Source: Polyangiaceae bacterium (GTDB taxonomy: Bacteria; Myxococcota_A; Polyangia; Polyangiales; Polyangiaceae). From it: a stretch of DNA of 13,201 nt. The stretch lies in contig DATJYG010000339.1 in assembly GCA_035499695.1 (NCBI GenBank), positions 1-13,201 on the forward strand. Reading direction: 5' to 3'. The notes below the pieces were generated by a model that saw nothing but the letters and a program-made list of their open reading frames with translations, was not told where the DNA came from and searched no databases. Positions 1-5,333 of this stretch are shown here, piece by piece (the first letter of the stretch is position 1; every line of letters begins with the position of its first letter). Both the position numbers and the translations under genes were made by a program.

Positions 1-345
1 AGCAGATCCCGTCGGACCCGTCGCTCCCGTCGCCCCATTCGCGCCCGTCGCCCCCTGTGCTCCGGTCGCACCCTGCGGACCCGTCGCGCCCGCGGGACCT
101 GTCGCACCGGTCGCGCCGTCCGCGCCAGTTGCGCCCTGCGAACCGGTTGCGCCTTGGGATCCGGTCGCGCCGGCGGCTCCTGTCGGCCCTTGGGGTCCCG
201 TCGGTCCTTGGATTCCGGTCGCGCCGCCAGCGGGTCCTGTCGGGCCCTGCGCCCCGGTCGGCCCCTGCGCCCCTGTTGGCCCCGCGGGTCCCGTCGGTCC
301 TTGCGGTCCCGTCGCGCCCTCAGGTCCTGTCGCTCCCGTCGCCCC
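1..345 (-). repeat. Gly-X-Y triplet-coding repeat, about 38 triplets, dominated by G-A-T, G-P-T, G-P/A-Q
   Basis: Reverse complement reads [115 protein letters not shown]. One extra Gly (around 226-228) interrupts the register. Confidence 0.85.
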
Positions 346-1068
346 TCCGCCTCCTGATGCGACGACGGAGTGCGTGACGGCGGTGAACGTGACCTCGATG
401 GTCCTCGGGCCGACATTCGTGACGGTGGCGAAGTAACGGGTCGCGACAGGCAACTCGAGATCGCGGAAGACGGAGGCAACGCCGTCGTCCTTACCCGACA
501 TGGGAACCGATCGGACCGCGGCCTGGACTGATCCCGCCCCGCAGTCAGCGTAGACCGTGATGACGACCGGCAGGAGATTGCCTTGGTCGATCGCTACGTC
601 CATGAGCTGCGCGTAGCCGTTGAAAACCGGCAGAGCGATCGTCACGCCCTCGGGTACTGCGGCGTTGATGCTTGCGTCCTGGCCAGGCGCCGCATCGAAC
701 TCGTCGACACCGGCGATGGTAACCGTGACGGGCTTCTTCGGAGTGCTCGAGGGCGCGATGTCGATGACTGTGACCGCATAGGCGGTGCCGCCCGCGTTCA
801 CGATCGACGTCTGTCCTTCACCGCCGAGCGTCTGCCACGCGATCAGCGACGGCACCTCCGAACCCATCACGTCGGCTTGAGCGACACGCGTGGGTACGCC
901 TCCGACGGTCGCATAGAGCGCGAACCGGAGCATGCCTCCGCTCGCCGAGCTTCCGCCGACGACGTAGACCGAAATCTTGTCGAGCGAGGCACCGGGCACG
1001 ATCGATGCGACGACCGTCTCGAAACTCGAGACGGGCAGCGCAGTTCCGGTGCTCGAGAGGACGCTCAC
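1..1068 (-). CDS. Collagen-like Gly-X-Y repeat protein (tail-fibre-like); C-terminal end runs off the left window edge
   Basis: Missing from the ORF track because it is open at position 1. The minus frame with codons on 3n boundaries is stop-free from 1173 down to 1. 1068-355 encodes a ~238-aa non-repetitive domain ([25 protein letters not shown] ... [17 protein letters not shown]). 354-1 encodes GGG followed by Gly-X-Y triplets. Start taken as GTG 1068-1066 (GGGGAAG just upstream, GTGA overlap with a 16-codon uORF); GTG 1173 is the alternative, but third-position GC is only ~60% between 1069 and 1173. Confidence 0.75.
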   Translation of the reverse strand, partial: MSVLSSTGTALPVSSFETVVASIVPGASLDKISVYVVGGSSASGGMLRFALYATVGGVPTRVAQADVMGSEVPSLIAWQTLGGEGQTSIVNAGGTAYAVTVIDIAPSSTPKKPVTVTIAGVDEFDAAPGQDASINAAVPEGVTIALPVFNGYAQLMDVAIDQGNLLPVVITVYADCGAGSVQAAVRSVPMSGKDDGVASVFRDLELPVATRYFATVTNVGPRTIEVTFTAVTHSVVASGGGGATGATGPEGATGPQGPTGPAGPTGAQGPTGAQGPTGPAGGATGIQGPTGPQGPTGAAGATGSQGATGSQGATGADGATGATGPAGATGPQGATGAQGATGANGATGATGPTGSA

Positions 1069-1261
1069 CGCTTCCCCGCGCAGCCCGCGATCTTCATCCG
1101 GCGAAACATCGACATGGCGGTGGCTTCCCTGTTGACCGAGACCGTAAAGAAGAACGTGAGCGCCGTCCGCCACCTAAACGGTCGCCGCTGACCCGAGAAA
1201 AGTTACCACAGTCGAACACCTAAGGCGGCCGCAAAGTGCCGCCCTTTCTCGCCAGGGATCA

Positions 1262-1270
1262 TGGTAGAAG
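1262..1270 (+). promoter_or_regulatory. Extended -10-like element TGG-TAGAAG, candidate promoter for a leaderless lipoprotein mRNA
   Basis: The hexamer ends exactly 6 nt before ATG 1277 and no Shine-Dalgarno lies upstream. Geometry and GGTAGA core match 3422-3430. Confidence 0.3.
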
Positions 1271-1276
1271 ACCACC

Positions 1277-1771
1277 ATGAAACCTTCTGGAAAACGGCTT
1301 CCGAGTCTGCTGCTCTGCGCGCTCTTGGGCGGCGTGCCCGCGACAGGCGCGCTCGGAGGCTGCGCGAGCGCTGCCGCGTGGTGGCAAGGAGTTCTCGCGA
1401 ACCCCGGGAACGTTACGTCCTTCATCCAATACGTCCTCACGTTCCTCCAAGGCGTGGCCGCCCTCTGGGGCGCGATCTTCCCGTTCATCCCTGCCGCTTC
1501 GCAGGCGAAGGCCCAGGCGGACTTCGACAGCGCCGTCTACTCCGTCGAACAAGCGCTCGCGGCGCTCGAGGACGCGGTTCGTGCTGCGGCCGCCGCGCAC
1601 CAGAGCAACCCCGACTTCTCCGCCATCATCTCGAACGTGCAGGCCGCCGTCGCTTCGCTCGTGAAGATCGCCGAGCAGTGGCAGGGCACGCAGCAAGCGA
1701 ACGCGGCGCCCGGTGCCCCCGGCATCCAGGACATCGTCCGGCAGGCCGGCGTCATCGCATCGTGGAAGTGA
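1277..1771 (+). CDS. Putative lipoprotein, 164 aa
   Basis: ATG start. N-terminus MKPSGKR-LPSLLLCALLGGVPATGALGG-C is a signal peptide with a lipobox-like LGGC (Cys29). Second hydrophobic segment FIQYVLTFLQGVAALWGAIFPFIPAA, then an Ala-rich helical tail. Third-position G+C is very high in this frame. Confidence 0.75.
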   Translation: MKPSGKRLPSLLLCALLGGVPATGALGGCASAAAWWQGVLANPGNVTSFIQYVLTFLQGVAALWGAIFPFIPAASQAKAQADFDSAVYSVEQALAALEDAVRAAAAAHQSNPDFSAIISNVQAAVASLVKIAEQWQGTQQANAAPGAPGIQDIVRQAGVIASWK

Positions 1772-2172
1772 CGGGCGTCGTGGGCGACGAAAAATCCGTG
1801 GACTCGCTCCGGCGCATGCATTCGCTCAAGGCGATGCTCGAGGCGCTCGTCGGGATCGATCGCGCTTTCCTCGAGCAGCACAGGAGGCGCACCGGCGAGC
1901 CTTATGCGCCCGTCCTCCAGGCCGCGCGCGCGATCGTCGTCCTCCACGAGGACGTGTGGCGCGACATCCCGAGCATCGTCCTTCGCGGCGAGACGAGCCT
2001 CTCGAATATCGCCTGCTGGCGGATCGCCGAACTCCGCGCGGCCGGCAAGGACGCCTCGCCGTGGATAGTCGGCGGTCCCGGCTCCGCCATCTCGATCAAG
2101 ATCCGGATCGACGACGAGGACGGAAGCGTCCGGATCGAAGATCCGGCAGATCTCCTCGAGCGCGCCGGCTAG
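1768..2172 (+). CDS. Hypothetical protein, ~134 aa
   Basis: GTG 1768 overlaps the lipoprotein stop (GTGA). Alternative starts: GTG 1762, 1780, 1798. Diverse composition (SLKAMLEALVGIDRAFLEQH ... WIVGGPGSAISIKIRIDDEDGSVRIEDPADLLERAG) and third-position G+C above 90% by eye. No family recognised. Confidence 0.6.
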   Translation: MTGVVGDEKSVDSLRRMHSLKAMLEALVGIDRAFLEQHRRRTGEPYAPVLQAARAIVVLHEDVWRDIPSIVLRGETSLSNIACWRIAELRAAGKDASPWIVGGPGSAISIKIRIDDEDGSVRIEDPADLLERAG

Positions 2173-2411
2173 AAGTTCTTGTCGTTGAAGCCCGGCCTGC
2201 GCGTGAACGAATAATCGCTGCCCGGCGGCAGAGCACCGACGCGGTGCTCGCCGCTCGCGGGCTCCGGGAGGAGGAGGCTCTTGGCGAGTCCGACGCCGCC
2301 GCCCGCGAGACCCCACCGGATGACGTCACCGCCGAGGAGCATGCCGAGACCCGCGCCGACGGCGGCGCCGAGCAGCGCCGACTTGAACGATTCTTCGTGG
2401 AAGAGCGTCAT
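2169..2411 (-). CDS. Small membrane protein with glycine-zipper segment, 80 aa
   Basis: ATG 2411. Contains ALLGAAVGAGLGMLLGG and GLAGGGVGLA (GxxxG-type zipper). Its stop shares the palindromic CTAG at 2169-2172 with the convergent plus-strand gene. Confidence 0.65.
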   Translation of the reverse strand: MTLFHEESFKSALLGAAVGAGLGMLLGGDVIRWGLAGGGVGLAKSLLLPEPASGEHRVGALPPGSDYSFTRRPGFNDKNF

Positions 2412-2433
2412 GGCAGAGAGCCTACCACGCCGT

Positions 2434-2574
2434 TCACTCTTCTTTCTCGGGTTTCGGAAGCGTCACGGCCGGCATTCCGCGGGGCGCCGAAACGCGCTTC
2501 TGGATGCGCTTCGCGGAGGTGATGGCAGCTTCTTGCGCCTGCCGGAGCGCCTCGCGAGTCGCTGCGGGATTCAC
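2434..2574 (-). CDS. Small hypothetical protein, 46 aa (start uncertain)
   Basis: GTG 2574 overlaps the stop of the upstream gene (GTGA). Product: VNPAATREALRQAQEAAITSAKRIQKRVSAPRGMPAVTLPKPEKEE. The same frame is open back to ATG 2676, which has GGGAG 7 nt upstream, so an 80-aa overlapping form or a frameshift fusion cannot be excluded. Confidence 0.35.
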   Translation of the reverse strand: MNPAATREALRQAQEAAITSAKRIQKRVSAPRGMPAVTLPKPEKEE

Positions 2575-2885
2575 CGACCGCCGCGGCTCGGGAGCTTTCC
2601 CCTGGATGGATTCGTCGGCGGGCCGCCGCTCATGATCCCTTCGATCTGTCCCAGTGTCCGGTTCAGGTCTTGCCATTGCTCTGCTCCCATTTTTCGATCC
2701 TCGTCGACTTCAGCGTCGAGCTTCAGGATCAGCTGCTTCGCCTCCTCGGCAATCTTTTTCGCTTCTGCGGCCTCATCCGCCATCTTCTGCAAACGGCGTG
2801 CGAACGTGAACGTTGCTCCGATCGCGCCTGCACCCGCCGAAAGCAGAGAGGCCCCGATCTCGATCGCTAGCTCCAGCGTCTGCAA
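2571..2885 (-). CDS. Membrane-anchored coiled-coil protein, 104 aa
   Basis: TTG start at 2885, preceded by a strong AAGGAGG with a 6-nt spacer. N-terminal TM-like LELAIEIGASLLSAGAGAIGATFTFA, then a charged helical region (QKMADEAAEAKKIAEEAKQLILKLDAEVDEDRK). Confidence 0.75.
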   Translation of the reverse strand: MQTLELAIEIGASLLSAGAGAIGATFTFARRLQKMADEAAEAKKIAEEAKQLILKLDAEVDEDRKMGAEQWQDLNRTLGQIEGIMSGGPPTNPSRGKLPSRGGR

Positions 2886-2930
2886 CCTCGTCCTCCTTTG
2901 CGTCCTCGTGCAAGAACTGCGATGCGGCGA

Positions 2931-3140
2931 TCATCTGCTCACTCGCGCGCTCAGCAGGGAAGACCGGGAGAGGCCGAGCAGGAACATCCCCGCCAGCGAC
3001 CCGAACACGATCACGGAGCCGACCGCCTTTTCCTCACGCCCACGCGGCGTATCGAAGGCGAGGTAGCCGTAGGCGCCGTAGCCGATCGTCCCGATCAAGA
3101 CGACGGAAGCCGCTGCGTCGAGCGTGTCTCGGAGTTCCAT
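2931..3140 (-). CDS. Small two-TM membrane protein, 69 aa (holin-like topology)
   Basis: Internal ATG 3140 of the 167-aa track ORF; the upstream part of that ORF is R/H/S-rich junk. Product MELRDTLDAAASVVLIGTIGYGAYGYLAFDTPRGREEKAVGSVIVFGSLAGMFLLGLSRSSLLSARVSR has two hydrophobic helices. Confidence 0.65.
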   Translation of the reverse strand: MELRDTLDAAASVVLIGTIGYGAYGYLAFDTPRGREEKAVGSVIVFGSLAGMFLLGLSRSSLLSARVSR

Positions 3141-3172
3141 TCTTCCCAGGGTAGCGCAGCGAGCCGTGCGCG

Positions 3173-3373
3173 TCAGTCGCGCACTTGCTGAAAGTTCACG
3201 GGCGGCGAATAGCTCGTCGGCGCGTTCAGCGGCACGTCTTTGCCGGTCGAGAGTGCCGGAGCGATGTTCGGTTGGATGAAGGTGGGGACGCCGGCTTCGA
3301 GCGTGACGCCTTGCGGACCGTTGCCGGGTTCGTTGATCGGGATGGGTGGGAAGAAGGTGAACGGTCCGAACAT
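3173..3373 (-). CDS. Small Pro-rich hypothetical protein, 66 aa
   Basis: ATG 3373, preceded by GAGAGGGAG. GTG 3406 is the longer alternative. Product begins MFGPFTFFPPIPINEPGNGPQGVTLEAGVPTFIQPN. Confidence 0.6.
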   Translation of the reverse strand: MFGPFTFFPPIPINEPGNGPQGVTLEAGVPTFIQPNIAPALSTGKDVPLNAPTSYSPPVNFQQVRD

Positions 3374-3396
3374 GGCTCCCTCTCTGGCTTCTGAGA

Positions 3397-3405
3397 AGGA
3401 TAACA
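3397..3405 (-). promoter_or_regulatory. Extended -10-like TGT-TATCCT on the minus strand, candidate promoter of the 3373-2169 cassette
   Basis: The reverse complement of 3397-3405 is TGTTATCCT. It lies ~25 nt upstream of ATG 3373 and leaves room for the GAGAGGGAG Shine-Dalgarno. Confidence 0.3.
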
Positions 3406-3421
3406 CGCGAGCCTCGGGCCC

Positions 3422-3430
3422 TGGTAGAGT
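3422..3430 (+). promoter_or_regulatory. Extended -10-like TGG-TAGAGT, candidate promoter for a leaderless mRNA
   Basis: The hexamer ends exactly 6 nt before ATG 3437 and no Shine-Dalgarno is present. Same geometry as 1262-1270. Confidence 0.35.
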
Positions 3431-3436
3431 TCACCC

Positions 3437-4126
3437 ATGGGCAGCATCGACTTCACGGACGAAGACGCAGTCCTCGAGGAAGTGGCGAAGGCCATCGATT
3501 ACCCCGTCGAAGATCTCTCCATCCAGTCCGCGCGGAACCTCGAGGGCTTCGGCGCCGGCGACGTCTACGAGATCACGACCCACGGCGGTCGCAAGGAGTG
3601 GTACGTCGTCGAGGACTCGGACGTCGAACGCGATCTCGCGATCGCCATCGTCACGCAGGATCTCGAGACGGAGCCCGAGATCTTCAACCAGAGCTTCCTC
3701 GAGTCGCACATCGACACGGACAGGCTCCGCCGCGATCTCATGAGCGACGTCCTCGACATGCGGATCGAGGATCTGACCGACGAGGCCGAGAGGCGCCCGG
3801 ATGACTTCTGGCGCGCGTACGAGGGCGAGGGCTTCGACGCCCCCGAAGAGGACGAAGAGGGCGAGCGTCGCGAGCCGACGTCTTCTGAGATCGAAGAGCT
3901 GGCCGAGAAACTCGCCGAAGAGCAGCTCAAGGACCCGATCGCGTGGCTCGAAGACATTTACGGGCGAGAAGATGCCATCAAGAAGGCAATCGAGATCGCG
4001 GGCATCGACATCGACGCCGCCGCCGAAGAGGCCGTCGACACCGATGGTCCGGGTCATTTTCTCTCGAGCTACGACGGCCAGACTCACGAGACGCCGGCGG
4101 GGCTCGTCTACTGGCGTCACAACTGA
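3437..4126 (+). CDS. Highly acidic protein, 229 aa (possible DNA mimic / anti-restriction-type protein; function unproven)
   Basis: Clean ORF with ATG start. My count is 65 Asp+Glu against 20 Lys+Arg. Acidic runs include DAPEEDEEGERRE and EIEELAEKLAEEQ. C-terminus: IDIDAAAEEAVDTDGPGHFLSSYDGQTHETPAGLVYWRHN. Confidence 0.85.
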   Translation: MGSIDFTDEDAVLEEVAKAIDYPVEDLSIQSARNLEGFGAGDVYEITTHGGRKEWYVVEDSDVERDLAIAIVTQDLETEPEIFNQSFLESHIDTDRLRRDLMSDVLDMRIEDLTDEAERRPDDFWRAYEGEGFDAPEEDEEGERREPTSSEIEELAEKLAEEQLKDPIAWLEDIYGREDAIKKAIEIAGIDIDAAAEEAVDTDGPGHFLSSYDGQTHETPAGLVYWRHN

Positions 4127-4136
4127 AATTCGGACG

Positions 4137-4595
4137 ATGCGCCGTCCGGCTCCGGATCTCACGCAGCGCGAATACGGGCTCTGGGGTAGCTCGCACGACT
4201 GGTCGTCGAAGATCGCTTCTGCGAGCGCCGGCCGCGGGGGCGGCTCCGTCGCAACGAAGATCGCGCGCGCCTTCTTGGCAGAGATCGCGTCGAGCGAGCC
4301 GACGTCTCGAACGCTGTTCCACGGGACCACGACGAGGCGCGGCGCCGAGCCGCGCCTCGGCGAATCCATTCACCTGCCGCTCATCGCCCTCTCCGACGAC
4401 GAGGACGTCGCCCGCGACTTCGCGAGGGGCGGAGGCAAGGAGATGATCCTCCGCTTCCAGCGCGGCACGCCCGCGATGCGCTACACCGACATCGAGTGGA
4501 TCACCGCGGGCGCGTTCCGCGTGGCGGGGGTCGAAGAGGAGCGCGATCCGTTCTGGGGGACGGCGCTCCTCGTCGTCACCCTCGAGGCTCGCTGA
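4137..4595 (+). CDS. Hypothetical protein, 152 aa, with ADP-ribosyltransferase-like motif pattern (tentative)
   Basis: ATG 4137 is internal to the 264-aa track ORF, whose upstream part is S/R-rich junk. Three motifs occur in ART order and spacing: LFHGTT (H62), LIALSDDEDVARDF (S86), TDIEWITAGAFRVAGV (E120). The pattern recalls the aromatic-H-G-T/S, x-S/A-D...A..Y/F and E-x-hydrophobic..G..F.V strands of DT/PARP-type ARTs. Confidence 0.6.
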   Translation: MRRPAPDLTQREYGLWGSSHDWSSKIASASAGRGGGSVATKIARAFLAEIASSEPTSRTLFHGTTTRRGAEPRLGESIHLPLIALSDDEDVARDFARGGGKEMILRFQRGTPAMRYTDIEWITAGAFRVAGVEEERDPFWGTALLVVTLEAR

Positions 4596-4968
4596 CCGCT
4601 CGGGCTTTTGACCTCTCGATCGAGCAGAGGACGGTCGCGTGGTTCATGCGAAGCAGGCGCCCTGCCTCCGGGGAGCTGTAGGCGAAGCGCTTCACGAGGA
4701 ACGCGATGATGTCGTCGCGCGCGAGCGTCACGCACTTGCTCCGGCCGGGCCCGAGGGCCGCGCGGAGGAGCACCCCGCGGGCCTTCGCGATGCGTTCACA
4801 CTCGCCTTTCACCTCGAGCTGGTCGAGATCGCGGATGACGGCGGCGACGTCCTCGTCCGTGCGCTGGCGGCGCTCCGGTTTGTTGTTGTTTCTTGACGGT
4901 TTCTGACTGCGTTTGGATGTACTTGACGCACTTTGGGATTCAGGTACCTTCTTGTGTGGGCCGTTCAT
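4576..4968 (-). CDS. DnaA domain IV-like helix-turn-helix DNA-binding protein, 130 aa
   Basis: The C-terminal GPGRSKCVTLARDDIIAFLVKRFAYSSPEAGRLLRMNHATVLCSIERSK parallels the DnaA C-terminus [46 protein letters not shown]. Basic low-complexity N-terminus. ATG 4968 chosen; GTG 5127 would place a perfect terminator hairpin inside the coding region. The 3' end overlaps the convergent gene by 20 nt. Confidence 0.8.
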   Translation of the reverse strand: MNGPHKKVPESQSASSTSKRSQKPSRNNNKPERRQRTDEDVAAVIRDLDQLEVKGECERIAKARGVLLRAALGPGRSKCVTLARDDIIAFLVKRFAYSSPEAGRLLRMNHATVLCSIERSKARAVSEPRG

Positions 4969-4985
4969 CGAAAGTTCGGTCTCCC

Positions 4986-5029
4986 GCTCCGCCGGTCCCT
5001 GCCAGGATTTCCGGCGGAGCTTTTTTGTT
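4986..5029 (+). terminator. Rho-independent terminator (plus-strand polarity)
   Basis: 10-bp GC-rich stem GCTCCGCCGG (4986-4995) / CCGGCGGAGC (5011-5020), 15-nt loop with some internal pairing, followed directly by TTTTTTGTT. On the minus strand the hairpin is preceded by the A-run and has no trailing U-run. Confidence 0.6.
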
Positions 5030-5068
5030 CTGTCGTCCTCCACGCCCGTGAAGACGCGGCGTTGGGCG

Positions 5069-5120
5069 ACGTTGACAACGTGTGAATGGATTGTGCTCTC
5101 TTCGATCACTCCTTGTGCTC
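5069..5120. promoter_or_regulatory. Candidate operator cluster: 13-bp palindrome ACGTTGaCAACGT containing a perfect TTGACA, plus two TTGTGCTC direct repeats 22 bp apart
   Basis: Palindrome at 5069-5081 (TTGACA 5072-5077). TTGTGCTC at 5091-5098 and 5113-5120. All lie in the lower-GC non-coding stretch between the DnaA-IV-like gene and the Pth2 gene. Confidence 0.3.
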
Positions 5121-5333
5121 CGCGCACTGAAACCCGTTCGACCCGAACGTGTCAAGAAAACGGCGACGATTTTTCCGGGAAGGGTTGCGCGGCTCAGCGG
5201 GTTGGTTACCTTCGCAAGCACATGACGCTCTCTCGACTACAGTGACGTCGGCCGAACGCCGAGGGCCGGAGACGGCCCGAGCGACTCCAGCGGAAAAGAC
5301 CCGCTCGTCCACTACGTCATCGTCAGACGCGAT

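Noticed and set aside
583-1191. 202-aa plus-strand ORF (and 57-377, 154-357) opposite the collagen-like gene
   Set aside because: Arg/Asp/His-rich shadow frames antisense to a much better minus-strand frame. The Gly-X-Y periodicity only makes sense on the minus strand.
1224-1250. Hairpin GGCGGC-N8-GCCGCC followed by CTTTCTC as a terminator
   Set aside because: Only a 6-bp stem with a poor, interrupted T-tract. It sits in a divergent promoter region with no upstream plus-strand gene to terminate.
1537-2316. 259-aa minus-strand ORF, plus the plus-strand 1261-2172 N-terminal part and 1713-2522
   Set aside because: Arg/Ala/Pro-rich, low-complexity translations typical of off-frame ORFs in high-GC DNA. 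The overlapping plus-strand frames (1277-1771, 1768-2172) have far higher third-position GC and normal composition.
3437-4126. Direct assignment of the acidic protein to the ArdA family
   Set aside because: Only a loose resemblance of the C-terminal ID.D...D.DG motif and the overall charge. This cannot be supported without an HMM or structure search, so it is kept as a hypothesis only.
3431-4369. 312-aa minus-strand ORF, plus 3240-3743, 3565-3957, 3943-4446 and 3978-4373
   Set aside because: Shadow ORFs of the acidic-protein and ART-like genes. Their translations are dominated by R, S, P and A.
4880-5260. Replication origin with DnaA boxes next to the DnaA-IV-like gene
   Set aside because: The best matches to TTATCCACA/TGTGGATAA are about 6 of 9 (for example TGTGAATGG at 5081-5089). 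There is no clustered consensus boxes or obvious AT-rich unwinding element. Only the palindrome and TTGTGCTC repeats are reported.
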